DNA of 64,000 nucleotides, taken from positions 1,156 through 65,155 of the forward strand of contig JAZOTD010000026.1 of NCBI GenBank assembly GCA_045657465.1. Reading direction: 5' to 3'. The DNA is from Clostridia bacterium (GTDB taxonomy: Bacteria; Bacillota; Clostridia; Christensenellales; UBA1242). The notes below the pieces were generated by a model. That model searched no databases. It was not told the DNA's origin and worked only from the letters and a program-made list of their open reading frames with translations. This document shows positions 34,001 to 36,786 of the stretch, piece after piece. The position numbers were made by a program, and so were the translations under genes. How positions within the stretch are numbered: position 1 is the stretch's first letter; each line of letters begins with the position of its first letter.

Positions 34001-36355
34001 GATTGTGTTGTTTGTTGCATTTGAGTTCATATATGCTTGAACGTCAATACTATTGTCTGTTACAAGGTTATAGCTTTCAAGTGTTGCATCGCTTGGAAGA
34101 ACAACTGAAAGATAAACTGTTGTTTTAACGCAACCAAGAGAGTCAACATATGATGTAACAGATTTGATAACTTCATAAGAAATTTCAAGCTTTGTTGGGT
34201 CAACAATTTCACTGCCGTCTTTTGCATGGAAGTTTACAATAACCGAAGTGTCAGCATCATATTTTGTTGCCATAATCGAAGACATTGTGATGTCTTTTAC
34301 TTCATATGAATAATCAACAGAACAGCCTTGGCAAAGTGTTCCATAGCGGTCATAAACATTGCCATCTTCAACATAGTAAATGTTTGCGCCATACATAAAC
34401 ATATTGTTTGATGCTGTGAGATAATAAACATTTCCAAAAGCTCTAACAATCTTGCCAGAAACTTTATTATTTGAAACAACTCTGTTTTGCAAAACCTTGC
34501 CGGCATCAATGTCATCAATAAAAAGGGTAGACATGTCTGTGCCATAGAATCTATAGTTGAGAGTTATTTTGTCATTTTCAGCATCAGTTCTTTCATCATC
34601 AACTTCAATAGACTTAACAAACATGACATAGTCGCCATATTTAAGATTTTTTATTTCATAATTTGCTGAAACTTCAATTCCATTTTCATCATCCAAAACA
34701 TTGTTAATATCATAAATATATGCTTTCACGCCTGAAAGTTCAGCATTATCGTTTGCCAAAATCTTTTCTGCATCAAACAATGTTCCTGATAATGTGAAAT
34801 TGTCAACTTTTAAGTAGTTAGCGTAGAAAGTGTGATTGTTATATTCTTTTTTAGATGTAACATAAATTGTTCCGCTTCTTTGTGTTGTTACTTCTTCACT
34901 TAGGTCAGCAGTTGTATCAATTGTTTTTGAATAATATTCATAGCAACCATTTGAAGCACTCAAAATATTTTCTGTTGTTTTTGAACGAACAGTAAACACT
35001 GTGTCTTTTGTGTCTTTTGATTCAAGACCAAACAAACAAGTGTATTTATCTGTTGTGTCATAAAGTTCAAAGTTGTTGCCAAATGTGTTATATCTATTTT
35101 TTAATGTGTTGTTTGCAAATGTATGTTCAAGAGCAAGAGTATTAACAGGTTTCTTATTTACAGACCATGCTTGGAATGCATAATTTGCACCTTTTGCAAT
35201 ATTGTCTCCGTCAGCAGTTGTTGTTGTGTAGTCGATGTTTCTAGTAACTTCAACAATTCGACCTTTTGGAAAGTATCCTGTTAAACCAGACAAATAATTA
35301 ACTGCTTTGTTAGCTGTTTGGCTGAGTGAACGAGAATAGGTGTATTCAACGTCATAGAAGTAAAATTCTGCCGCATCATATGAAAGTTCACCATAATCAA
35401 CTTGTGCACTGTTATATGAATACGTTTTGAAAGTCATTCTATATGCTTGATAGCTGAATGTTTTTGAATAAACAGAATCACCACGCTTTGCAGCTGCTGT
35501 GTCTTTGTCATCTGAAGATTGATAAAGTGATTTTGATTTATCTGTTTCAGCAGATGAAAGTGGGTTGTAGCTCATGCCCATATTAGGAACGGCTTTAACT
35601 CTTAATCTTCTGTTTGTTGAACCATTTTCAAGATGTGGATTAAACTTGAGATAGAATACACGGTCAAATGATTCAAGTTCGCCAAAATTATTGTTTCCAT
35701 CATCTTGAGTGGTTGGATTTTTATCATCGAGAACATCTTGTTTTAAATTGAGATAAACAGCTTCAACAAAACCGTTGGCATCAAGCCATCTGCCTGTGGT
35801 GCCAACTCTATAAGTGAATGAGAAAATATCGTCAAGGTTTGCAGTAGCCTCAACGTAGTGTTTCATATCAAAAGGTGCTTCGCTATCACCATTGTCATAC
35901 GCTTGAGCAGGTGAGTCACCATTGTGAATCACAAGTTTGCTCGTGTCAACAGTTACATGGATTTGATAGATGTAGCCATCAACCGTAAAGACATAGTCAG
36001 GGTAAACAAGCTTTGGAATTGCACTAAGCTGTGTGCCATCGTCATAAACGATTGGCTTGCTTCCAGTCTGGTCATATCTATCTGCCTTGTCAACGTTTAA
36101 GTCATCATAATAAAATTGCATAGGCAAAAGGAATGAACCAGTGTGTTCATTAGTGTCTCCTGTAGACGTTGACTCATAATAAGTCAATTTTGCTTGCGAA
36201 ATTCTATACTTGTCATAGGCATCAAAACCAGTTGTTGAAGCGGCAGCGCCAGAGCAAGCTACGAAAAATATTGATGCAAAACAAACAAACATAGCAATGC
36301 ATGTTTTTGCAAATTTTGAAAAAATATTTTTCTTGTTCTTTTGTGTTTTTTCCAT
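4100..36355 (-). CDS. Giant predicted cell-envelope or surface protein (10,751 aa) with a signal/lipoprotein-like N-terminus, many divergent beta-rich repeat modules including InlB B-repeat (Flg_new)-like motifs, and a C-terminal double-TM anchor
   Basis: Single stop-free frame of 32,256 nt in AT-rich DNA. Strong RBS AAGGTGGA lies 6 nt upstream of the ATG. N-terminus is MEKTQKNKKNIFSKFAKTCIAMFVCFASIFFVACSG. The C-terminus has two hydrophobic helices plus a 57-aa tail. A terminator hairpin follows. ORFs in the other frames are all about 200 aa or shorter and low complexity. Confidence 0.85.
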   Translation of the reverse strand: MEKTQKNKKNIFSKFAKTCIAMFVCFASIFFVACSGAAASTTGFDAYDKYRISQAKLTYYESTSTGDTNEHTGSFLLPMQFYYDDLNVDKADRYDQTGSKPIVYDDGTQLSAIPKLVYPDYVFTVDGYIYQIHVTVDTSKLVIHNGDSPAQAYDNGDSEAPFDMKHYVEATANLDDIFSFTYRVGTTGRWLDANGFVEAVYLNLKQDVLDDKNPTTQDDGNNNFGELESFDRVFYLKFNPHLENGSTNRRLRVKAVPNMGMSYNPLSSAETDKSKSLYQSSDDKDTAAAKRGDSVYSKTFSYQAYRMTFKTYSYNSAQVDYGELSYDAAEFYFYDVEYTYSRSLSQTANKAVNYLSGLTGYFPKGRIVEVTRNIDYTTTTADGDNIAKGANYAFQAWSVNKKPVNTLALEHTFANNTLKNRYNTFGNNFELYDTTDKYTCLFGLESKDTKDTVFTVRSKTTENILSASNGCYEYYSKTIDTTADLSEEVTTQRSGTIYVTSKKEYNNHTFYANYLKVDNFTLSGTLFDAEKILANDNAELSGVKAYIYDINNVLDDENGIEVSANYEIKNLKYGDYVMFVKSIEVDDERTDAENDKITLNYRFYGTDMSTLFIDDIDAGKVLQNRVVSNNKVSGKIVRAFGNVYYLTASNNMFMYGANIYYVEDGNVYDRYGTLCQGCSVDYSYEVKDITMSSIMATKYDADTSVIVNFHAKDGSEIVDPTKLEISYEVIKSVTSYVDSLGCVKTTVYLSVVLPSDATLESYNLVTDNSIDVQAYMNSNATNNTIVVITNAIEKPEDGGTAYEQEFYYADLYTSTVSAGALNYLNPDDVNESMDGNFLLYADNYYKYSYQNSFGTEILYVFQSTTSNDMFVKSYDTDSRLTNYEYIHFRKINIASNYGTDPNSLYALPFQTTNNAGKYVNATELHYNGYRYFHADSSVPYLLQKGSKQEAYVPKATEINKTYVEGDGSSPSTQFVNEVVYDKEADTSILQERFIGAYENFFGETTVDCGDDVTLYVSHLVYNTYFYNLSLSEKIDLSVEDVDVDLKEETLTYRASFYEDIKNANGGLTDYYTFNVGETQYFYYEGNVYFDFNVETVIFEDRFKGDITQLFGATKLEVVYDQAKGYYVANITRLILTLGKEKLYFSMNTNQFYTDVYLSNEIDLIADRGYKNFTITKESATEYSINLERYVAEFKDFSASSSPLFSVTEVKFYVDTTSTVLYSDFECFKAWSYQTDTIYIEIAADGSATLTVQNTFFTNIKFTADSKDYYVFAENSAFSNLPLYIENPDSESDEKFILVVDTAFNLDITGVSFAKNLRFSYGSNWITTFTKADGTSTGTVEAAKPEDIKDHPTDYGVAADAYIIDGVRANNFALRFFGKSSTSIVAHGYKSDMNINAFLYHGSYLYFKLDKNGNILPTLYANEVFDENTILLDKAFSAFNYQGIKWKIASVELFGTEFTGMVYDGNQSIVDAEGKTQHVIGGTPMLNADKTPVTDQKLYYSSEDYVSAEGGLKIYNLYIDAFRFSSYQTANLLVQDSSNNYYASVLETTKREKHPSTGEFIPTYTYNGNLCYMKLEDFENGTGKKITLYKNYDYIETVDTGNDVFIYHSPFGAGVNKNILKYDTSKKLPIKGGGVATSAIDVYSITKESDKYKLTINVDLTINQQTYDKPATALNSYDSVCYLYYDLDKYSYLDGGNRKTVYHSTTPLAKRTVINGVENIEYYYGISNFDQLVEQGVIATGLDIYTRKNEESFGSKNVNYKAYYDDVGAKLVNYYYYYVAQLEESDRKTLYVVQENENSGSGQAVISQVEFRSIYGTGVYTAGQVYTRNTVNFETLFKGYDGSSSISGISAQTSNIIEAYRLLVKDTATQPYVEYKGTKYYMSKDNVDNHASFVGSIIKLYTSPTTMDNTTAASFTATGFSYDGTEFYVLLNYLSFSAGSKEGKIYLTTGGSDTNRFKEYVLLNGSAPEGNYGSVTNIQNSPSYLQSIGFGTEQYKATFEAQDRDGNYTINNYNYYDSVIEYELSPENATELGYDTSKSTYIALQLVYTLYRCYTSDLYSYSSPTPINIYIANVATEWNPNGTVKKNSGYCFIEAYQYTDTDASGNTQRYSKFELLRDNSGNLITYEMLFTELTEGQSNINTQYLFGSYVEETTIKYNDVTETYYLKTRVGSSTNEFKYYYYDNGNFKPIEDISLTPAIVESYEDYKSGQHVSYSFTYGGKYYYALASHTKAGDPHGYGVVYESNVDLVPTDNNVLTYTFLKNNATEAVADGRPLVFNAETGMILKVLSDGNYSQWAEINRNTNRITIAIDPTDTSKSFTTNCVKMAYDCFSNGIYYLHTDGLIYNRYVGIVSGEYQFDKVNAVYDFNYFYSQTENIFEFRPTAQYFMFASYKAVATYQMSTESNVDMGSLTAINKVAYAKDINSGELVVSSSIVSAVHTEYFSFNGDGTINFSDPLNKVTKTEFVDVGSSSHYVSDGKTNEIITILGKFTIATTSEDVITYNSFSSIIPLKGNQSALMNSSGYYPIDYLNKDNVSEGFPGVTLVDGAPYVNPIFVFDVYHKQGKPAIVDFAVTINNGYYVDIITSIVENEDNDIVTDFTAVSFKSRLNNLMTNDYIDNMYYVVDNVSFKTLVVYKDLTDIITGNEDNLVEVTFADYYYGNYVDEDNPNLIPFMRLSNYNELETDKKNIYGGIIRVGGGSSAKYYQLYTAALKITDVAMNDEATDTNLYYADTQQLNPATGKYEYNSNIFILKNGAFKTLADGDVALWESSTSVMEDILYYDIHTYYQDDKTGVIYLTSDITENSANDECVGLSGIELGATSSSTASINYDNVVVAGLTSAYKVKSKDIPSPGSGEFTGYWFDKSISVLNAGQATTVYLEVGLESVVFVANPLISFNGSIYYRFKEWRVYERENAEYITYNQEKTEGLKDDRYSAIARFESNTAGYFLMLPVYEKIYAVSLATEVLNGSLNVGGSINIKSTSESVLIDEDDYQKDLYFIEYLKNETTQNYYSKIEMAPFLYFTGEYYKGQPIFQRIGIQSQEDLKNENKTNTLLVCETLPGEGYQTFKIMTFKGSNLVSVSDSLGVFGLNVKTMAAGQPCLVSLGNQNGMLGTEKALYNQDGSTFYIRNLNYESQNFVAIDESMQTYVFSPTPAVGYKTIYDVISYQILSTEPSNNELTSAIRVIYADGFFYRVTQETYEKMTNAPTKYCTNCSSAMKVSELNADGKCATCGGAVVTNSNALDITKEVLLDSEVIARSIIKTYSLAKQQSQDPKVGDYYSSTANDLSSGELFADENGKVYSTLQFKTSYYDRDSGLLLSAIPDAGYRLEGWYEVRYDDVYGWVVDDEDISKKMTANYSDKLIRTQLKQNSSVTTYAVSTKGKYPNGREYRVTYSISSDMYADMQFADDLTIVPASLRSYYGGLFVNTGSLSSPKFVQVYAKNGNSEDLYYDEEYTRAYVSPSTMTIAEMWNSNYIGYMTYYDAVVASYSYDGTEIKHEFKEVTDNVYVSTSTTFSLSSGTVYALFEYNDSTFSYDINYYRTYTEGNYVIDGNTLKIKNIHSNIKYVAKFIDIYQTYIFNESEIDSGISVQALYYYNEDDTKDTIRTNSSGQNKTIEDVNLVTTDNEGNPVNNNFLGGGYGSDGSELYPFSLKKQAGDDAEAQPNLFSRVPDTSGSYVGKSYFEAYYTAESQRNFAALSKIKTTAPATGTDYSISRDEGATGSFERNAYAMFATEKTSLSLKNFYFDSNTTAFILIRLDVNYALSIHSLGLDSRYVLNFLIEPNIAAINEGQTEDVEYLYYLLKVTLDRSMEQTDGVTTTAGNENPEYVLHPEKAKNITSDVLTGYGIGYYDSFFDLFVTTSGGDRYNLAEDNYMTFTFNSKSLKLKMAFAENVSYKYAKAISFSKYMAESLFYWLAKEGAFNGVTKDNFYTTTTSGSPPVTTYNWTAPISIGTKTFNFSDYINVKLSGSDAQLNYLDTIRKAFIFVFNNLCYAQESNSANLNFATAMRELPNLINQILGKFSAKTVSISTTSVDTINYYMTVSGEIFVTQNFIYSKTQNSILNLKVNEITQALASQEVLEITKTPTLFQVLTDYTKTLILDLQYQSFTRLSDFISKVNQILYAASNVENAINLAFALESESYYKISPIGTSGEYSSYKNSTENELDLISEIFYTVVSNIEQNSIADVGNEASGDVNISGTALYVKSPSEIYIYGPFISGRVNYVNLSSITIYTVSVSTSIIDTIDDTDSKYTDQFFSTTDKNFTENPYYILDNQIYTAGGVSSSLGELTYIGGAKKTTENEFRYVDGYATYQKFNSGYQHLSDNMLYAEGSTANRPNYCSYGNMSFAEYSIILWGGLRTYYQNSAVSFTSNENKYTERVTKLTNSTDYNGTKEYIEIENGKYVVCKVNDTDEVWVYEEDYKTVYIAKMAFNPATHTKFADISPYIVKAYTFAGWYSQTFDRDTRLWSEMECITTEFVKPFITTATTDTNIVAIFTAITNLSFTYNPSEVNVEFESTIDSTGNEVVTTRDEDTGTITISGWYYFSSSPTVMVAPIGGYRIADTYKLSYLSANGSNKFGDVISSDTSNRYDTGTHPIKFITYAGDDKYQEVKFDDLSLTNVSYIQYPLASYMVDLNTTDSVKEKTALLKCDISIETEFVVLTQFTIDSFISDGEAKKDFYLYSYDNADMAGSKENIMYITGATGSTIHYGDNITGKDSANNPISVVWKGNGLTITGYFDYKKYNGYEDSAGNFIQPTHSLIAGIEFETEEIKNEYSQWVTNGTSSSTGSPNVYTTDASKNKAWFFAGDDYIGKFYDERIIYFYLFDESFNPENKETIKISNATINEDAQLGQNNHIILLQAVSKSPTILEVGQKFYTINQSNSPAISAVEVSDIPVVPMVLNYNAPYYGAGSETSDTSSSSNGVLYYNLDSIEDFADVDNIENGYYIKYKFGKFGEGDSEPSPTSNLVISISTGRGEDYSIVEYKGRYFKFVGFKFGEDISTSPVINFGNDELAGKVTAIFVEIQILDINVNAGGSYEAVVSNTALLANEDLKKLNASSLGVAGSHMKLPTSADQDHISNDDSFNYVIIGSDVTIYPVASAGSIIEIAKYKPGTGAETNIAKTGVTVNGATLPANLKNYTVAIKNYQEKYVFTYNFSNAYVVTMKQYLMSSMSESAIAQLYTDNAYTIVVDEDNDYMTDAYVNSLSTMTAEQRNQFFNYTLKSKEYMSTSYALNESFYVYFFAEPATSLIGFYKNGQSLIDSVINSHMLTPWKVNVSIGGQLYKIYRFNYKDTQPLLAGVTSDLSLEVRFSTSMTIQTQIDGLSLVGGVYPYDKIFSDTMLIGANEYLLADYTSPEGAVQHTITNDIYHSDKTSINAGSSINYKIQTVDSTDYAFVYYYFNKRYKATYEAGAYKIRYSGEDCYYYPKGYAADQTKAGKLFTARGEEISVNCSLATITKDDGSGKQVTTYEVLIEEIISDKATSSITITNVMTDNADDNNVLVIYAKFAEVVTFTFNTKIDVHIDDENFANNNATSEIFKDYFDALIIFTNSGGNERRVYLSTLLDESGGQVTIQKDSKVYVYPYLAPQVENRYMPSVKESIFNITSGFQEDTTVVANLGQYYDGCFYIDTSGDKLSGKKALYMNLSYFCAFTIEVEKTINGNAFDDSINGDSTEDLLPFVNVYLSTDYAKNKVNLRDIHYLSYYDYSYNPYTDTDGATTTKTYHSSNSLQLTYPIHNPSDNSRIYTYQTLKTNLVDDVNSGAAFDSTNLVFYGWYLNGYLYSTNPTINLPLVREYANEIKESNGFIVIYSHNSDNKVINAIMPIDYNGQYYYFEYSGQRYQMSKTGDLENFNGTILVAGVPFKYAYMSSDNFRFTASYGHYTEVHYTTSPLDSYEEGKILVSSTFSGNLLGITTEETAFSTKAENGAGNEHYIVDDVVKFNALVNAKKPENVADNSKYKKYKISNNVESYLMTENDPNRAIYALSGSNLLVTGGHLVGYRITGFKYTKLIMNVNLNAPVINDSTKTEQEKLQYRYIYTTETGVAEDVSSISGNTAMGYIPISEGEIVVKIYITAIYEKVYQVNKIVSTIDDYDSELSNISNRAERPIGGTVEIKSYQKGFNENESDGTFFSPTYNMLSIVCTPKEGYSFTGLFLDGIYVGDSNAGISIDSGDTYNYTDEIVLDMEQFYILSGKEIKDVTIEARFAKLVDFTIRMSVNNISLRESLESAYGIKESLQSTFNVSITLSTIYKSDILYSVDQLGNSTTPNVSIWDKKYIKVKKGEIFDETAEYSLSNTEYIEYQNSGYQSDTDNWEFNGTEYVATEGNTLYKVDADILFMKFTVAYGTKIDLAVAQKAPTSSIGDGLDKETFNFYFNGWYLYRHGQYELAPSAISYNDTLSFYATNDYYGSSLDIDAKYSQDQGGPSVPTDKDNIEVIDSISDNKSDGLTVSTILNNPDNMQDINPEDKDNSIQVYTHNGAQYLFTGWWQVITDANRPATYILVSNNFFDSMLPKVTVLVARFVRIMPIKIALPETDSGYISTYLNYRYYYTFNSPTDNRLGVVTEEKNAAVNEGERPYKTEEIVFNVPVDTFVNDTVLYAWSGHYYTISDTLADGSSRTDNYDGINNPYEFDQKDRLTNTIGNRYNINNIEYVYYNAEYYYLNNNKLYNSVAYSIADGKLVYFNTDKFGKVKILVSGVETEISASSLDFNNSYEFVDVPIETIDDMIYSYEVNITTVSIVAAAGASAANPTIMNGSYVIYQNKIYYVLEKQLYTSISFAEETIADDVEYLISNSVVIFRAENNLYSTNKLTIQSINKAGYRYVVESDFDILTIINGGYTISYVVSTVESDGSYGADKDETCGGEIVYSLTSIRTHGGSISPETHVYSETFPLLYITLKPKENYTFIGLYVNGDYIDNSYNNLSLIVDLSEFNEDVVVEAKFAKNVSIEYRIAVNGQESKDYIGSIGTDQKLLKELLITGTISNIYNSINASYVLGDDYFESSTSITDINIQANKENLIFTITVPYGTLLRFGVENASIQVSSETFYYFNGWYLFNESISASTNLVSDDQYFSLYAIEEVGQKLQFVSKYTTSPATPTLESSISVEVYSYGDSEPQSYDYEYFNSELYDNYQSLIDNGYRIFVDKITKKKYVFTGWWQEVTKGVNILSSYTFGSTENLKGVNVGRFVEYRTITIEYTELSSISLEGKLHNAYGYIQSGAATNMLPLKANSATSSIEINATVYSAFTSVTINAENTFLFRGDAVDEDTGEVREDVFEFNSLISQEFKLYDSESSGYRDRFRISSNVAEQADAYIRYSKIYIDNNKFIQNVDVGNNLDEVDVQIQNHYNTFRISVLAENTSKTANGETIVQKFNAASSIIVATNNISQNNQIHNQYFANTINTLYVNGKAYYVYYPTENVVDSRVYTTLNSFKIDIDDSNRQFIIKQINETTTQKYYVENIKNGTTPLSNLVGSTDSVYQITEDEYTLYVYSKQVSTTELQIVSKTQNYFVVNYVDKEGVTHTEEKIQLSSNMINRYYPRYTYITVTLAKEYQNESFIGFRVNYDSETSTFYKVSDVGYSFSFIVTESVTVCAQFKDAEINVDDAYVDRNNATEILPDDLESSKPNNNFGDDPIANVTKPYSSATGKYVRKIKVVYAIDGGTASYEFNYNVANQAYEGLIITADPDTGLDKFVLDPKVSVSDSFGSKFYTTIHFTYPKSLESKSGFAVTMEEDDLYLLNITITKNDSVADCEEYNLKLYYPIGYVNDYISTNELDGTPHFIGSYTNNAKLYAYIKTQILDNAGEKGTTLFIDPQVEKSGIKFSETFGNNDFIDGFYTYSTDGVSTNKLSGYLKTTTPDNVYIGNVLQFTEGTQNYNIIYNFKTKGTIRVYVHPSYYENGEYKPELKQSKLMSTVKEFDFVKDSIQVGNPYVEADHNYNIKRPTGIDTNLDNTVYRVGHSGETGVYYIEIEYYFSAPLTIYFKSSYLSFERYYYHDADNVIKTLNSLDYGSLNSAITMSYGEYTSCLNASYQYPDGSEKKGMLILHCEAKESVKSTSLSFDFKEDTAGGVESPEIAIEIKMNEKVYTPNLTSIKHTSTNDIKMMTFTNGADNFTVSYLSESNDTIGKYTIKLIYAEDLIHNNAIFTVKLLNFVKKYQYSGTSSTRETYEVADFANYSLDFKDVYCANGLQSNEDKVERETTLDIGANSVIHWTLGGTFADNNEIIIQTQKLYYILLSRDAAENKGGGVFGNGTGDMFKIGLKIYKTGKSNEVINIETDGTNIDTLSIYAYVSFGDTVTVSAASGFENGFKNIWYYKNTKKAYDLYPSYANTDNYHQIQVTSGVPAMLADYNNIYGALVNGKYNLIGTGAVSFINNDNDYAKYLIGPQDSTNPALSWFAPISNITKNPLEMTLQPTSSMFYIADAYVNASSAGASYITGILAPGNSSHYSYDPSFNHISSSSATDTNFNYIIGKVEKGDSVTYTQNYSSNRDKFIYSQIEAVEENNELYLNEGFKNEYDKSSKIEYTKFENTSTTHYIYGNAVQYALLIKSTISNMGITTGYYKSSALPKKTEYSIFDYIYDASNTTVYELVTSVDISGGGSYGDYATIGNSGQYITVTDAFDSDYFNGDISDGEKAYFKKSVLSSGGRLHAVTLRYNDKEYYFIDGQIYTSYSLQNPETPDYSLTNVCYPIMDGLFFNVNYSKPAVAVNYGGGELDIQPYSVSVYKLRVYYGDSKEYYYQDGKLYNSNTNTELPNTSYTEFLGEPTLNHNNSLYYVSDVLVLNSRNPEIINCVDKAPETGNYASRTIKASIYEASYTELVHNDSNSKLEEKTEDMSDNSKVQVKYEAEVKKSAFYVLISPVEGKSFKYYINGSKFYTSYDFSDEITESEYEAQLDDFYENDVKLDVVYEQIAINGYGINVQDNVDSDTKDDYPYMYITDGMKYYYCKNDGLIYIEDDDVMKLYQEDYTLSSPVVKIIKSGGETIEVECGSQEVSVNSFTTNDSLKFKYYISGTKLYIDYPFNEDAVVDTSSTSGVPVHVNAKILSELERAKYHLDSYVVLPATITYNQLAHEPSVTVASNATEVEYTNGASKIYYYPETGIIKLAAGTNITSSCSFSKTYRVPYAARTENFVNFPETINYLDGNDVINLSIYDGLLENSNGLDDDQIALLWKVVNDKKVIIYSNGSDRLYYYGYQTRLLYSVNSTNFNAALEAKDETALLALTYSSVDSKSFIRSSQNCYICTSSVAGSVVNGYSDVGYISETIKASVTGKEESMQYTSAKITSITANAYAGYYLKGFIVFSDINISATNTLWLNYKINVNDTPPLTGLQNLEYLSKFEYCNFLSIDYEVFKTNTENSPFVFTKDGSGTIISVTYNFDIPIFGNVNVFAVYSPVIYSIEVIQLNLQEYIVGEEIEMNDVYRDFFNTNSVEEATCGYVKGIMLAEYEGDSWIKARAYNGSVFLGYSLGKDSSMTQIESIFNSNYIDNTVSIDDIKGEVFDENGEVKTDKDEDYRYANMQTLVGNPEPDDTNLYILDDRVLHYEYASGGGKITVDETQLKGTGNNILLMNVTNDVQLYFYYKAVQYQLEIELGDIESGYYTDPSTDQLKLDTYISYSEEYIENVKEESGDWINPAAYTKNDSLKEPQFQMSKENSQQLVISEATINYKQANNDSKFVYTLYDNQGLMLITNDNTGRKATPTQILSQTIDWDVSNQFGFLVYKPVDIRLDKADKRFIPSLHAYQAKDVEVTVNARDQKQYSSITINNTNYSSAENFEIVEHGGTYFNILTDLSGDRYVILEPAFYRTLQMGKGTTSSSDIVGRAEVANGTAVYCYKIIEYFPIETYLEYNATYFEDNTEIGNKSAYGSGQYISKSEYADAEQDDLLVNSNNKYVFSIFDVVPTGNGYAEVVYDGKVHHVDANEVDITTYSYVTYKYKFLGDDGKDYTLAVIPSTEFITATFDPENINIYLFSTSNIETIIAQWTANGGSENKENPWITKYETMIKNGIVLTDEVDAVTYANVSRNISSSNINKDILDYSTYMTLSLNDITNEYDIYTLKKGLFSIAIGGGEYVITSDMFTTDKRLQNIEVMSQFTMDEMNKKKFDTNCEIEILPYGDGQVVAHIKISIKIFYDDSGSIPDVKIVADTKNLQAPEYEGSTLYNLKVYGKTIDYTHKTDTDLIYQPAGLDEKRGTRAGATTGSAYDISFVETSKDVGSFFGNIYTTSSQNVFFDLPNLNVNINIIFTRALMAVNPQAQFGADDPVALEPEIRNMLFSNGENIYNNDIQGDEGHVIESLYVGNIQKAHLQSNKNAPGLNEENGILFDKYNLYIISDAYKVLTQLTNIYENKSNDVKIRASALSYITYINGFNPENYASKNGKYPQYLFADNNSGTYVSSYTSLYDFIARHADATSIPKPSMVGGKYLKIKVVDILNPSVNANDANFVQSYFGQGELMISSIKLKKMYQRQVMYRSDNWPYVNSYYADHAYSYYFTANNYITLDIEMDSFVWSGCPGDTILMGSDSGYLKEKEVNGQKTTRMQQMLKYKSGDMATKSYGSHWMQTLGAMARLHSNFASNYISLVDTTASLAPKDFAKNSESRSGGNVEIKRVNAIVFVDNRTFNIDDNQKDYDKTSMENRIIVGVYAFDPEPGYIKAERLFAWITVIATIIVIALTCWNPIGWVGTAIMVTAAVVATVATACAIYSAAAMRGDNVNEEVMGLVAALYASCYTVEESDDGEMYIKWVGLNSEKLDAQFRQVIIEADKG
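4274..4426 (-). other. Two adjacent predicted transmembrane helices (C-terminal anchor) of the giant protein
   Basis: LFAWITVIATIIVIALTCW-NP-IGWVGTAIMVTAAVVATVATACAIYSAAAM, followed by the 57-aa tail RGDNVNEE...IIEADKG. No LPXTG motif is present. Confidence 0.65.
14800..15700 (-). repeat. Internal paralogous module B of the giant protein (protein-level duplication)
   Basis: Same ordered landmarks as module A: PKENYTFIGLYVNG ... VVVEAKFAKNVSIEYRIAVN ... ITVPYGTLLRFGV ... ETFYYFNGWYLF ... YVFTGWWQE ... VGRFVEY. Confidence 0.65.
16800..17950 (-). repeat. Internal paralogous module A of the giant protein (protein-level duplication)
   Basis: Ordered landmarks: PKEGYSFTGLFLDG ... VTIEARFAKLVDFTIRMSVN ... 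FTVAYGTKIDLAV ... ETFNFYFNGWYLY ... YLFTGWWQV ... VARFVRI. Confidence 0.65.
36236..36355 (-). other. Signal peptide, possibly a lipobox, of the giant protein
   Basis: Lys-rich n-region (KTQKNKKN..K..K), hydrophobic core CIAMFVCFASIFFVA, Cys34 in FVAC followed by SGAAAS. The lipobox is imperfect (Phe at -3), so SPase I cleavage after AAA is an alternative. Confidence 0.6.
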
Positions 36356-36786
36356 ACGAAATCCACCTTTTTTTAGTTTGTCTCAATTTTCCCGATAATA
36401 ATAATATTATCACTTGCTAATTTTAACATATTAGGTCGAATTTTCAAACAAAAAAACACCTTATTTTCAATAAAAAACATGCTTAGTTATTAAAGTAAAA
36501 TCATACTTTATGCAATTTTAATTATTATATAAACATAACAATCTTTATAAAACAACAATTTAAGCCGTTTTGCAAAAAAAAACCATAAAAACATAGTAAC
36601 TAAACAATAACAATGATTAAAAAAAATATTTTTTAAATTTTTTTTGTGCAAATTGTACATATTTTTATTTTTTTAAAAATTCATGTCATGGTGTGGATAT
36701 TTTTACACACGCCTTATACTAAAATGAAGGTGTCATCTCAAAACAGGTGACAATAAAAAAAGTAAAAATTTTAAGCGGAGGAAAGC

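Noticed and set aside
4100-36355. The giant ORF as an assembly artefact (collapsed or chimeric repeats), or as an Rhs/YD-repeat toxin.
   Set aside because: The internal repeats are divergent at the DNA level, so repeat collapse or mis-joining is unlikely. The frame is continuous, with a proper start, signal peptide, anchor and terminator. I found no YD-repeat consensus (YDxxGRL-type), no Rhs core/PxxxxDPxGL motif and no C-terminal toxin tip. Long-read confirmation is still desirable.
36370-36786. Sigma-A promoter candidates for the giant gene, such as GATAAT near 36405-36410 and TTGCAT-17-TAATAA further upstream (minus strand).
   Set aside because: None combines a good -35, correct spacing and a good -10. 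In DNA this AT-rich such partial matches are expected by chance, so no promoter is annotated.
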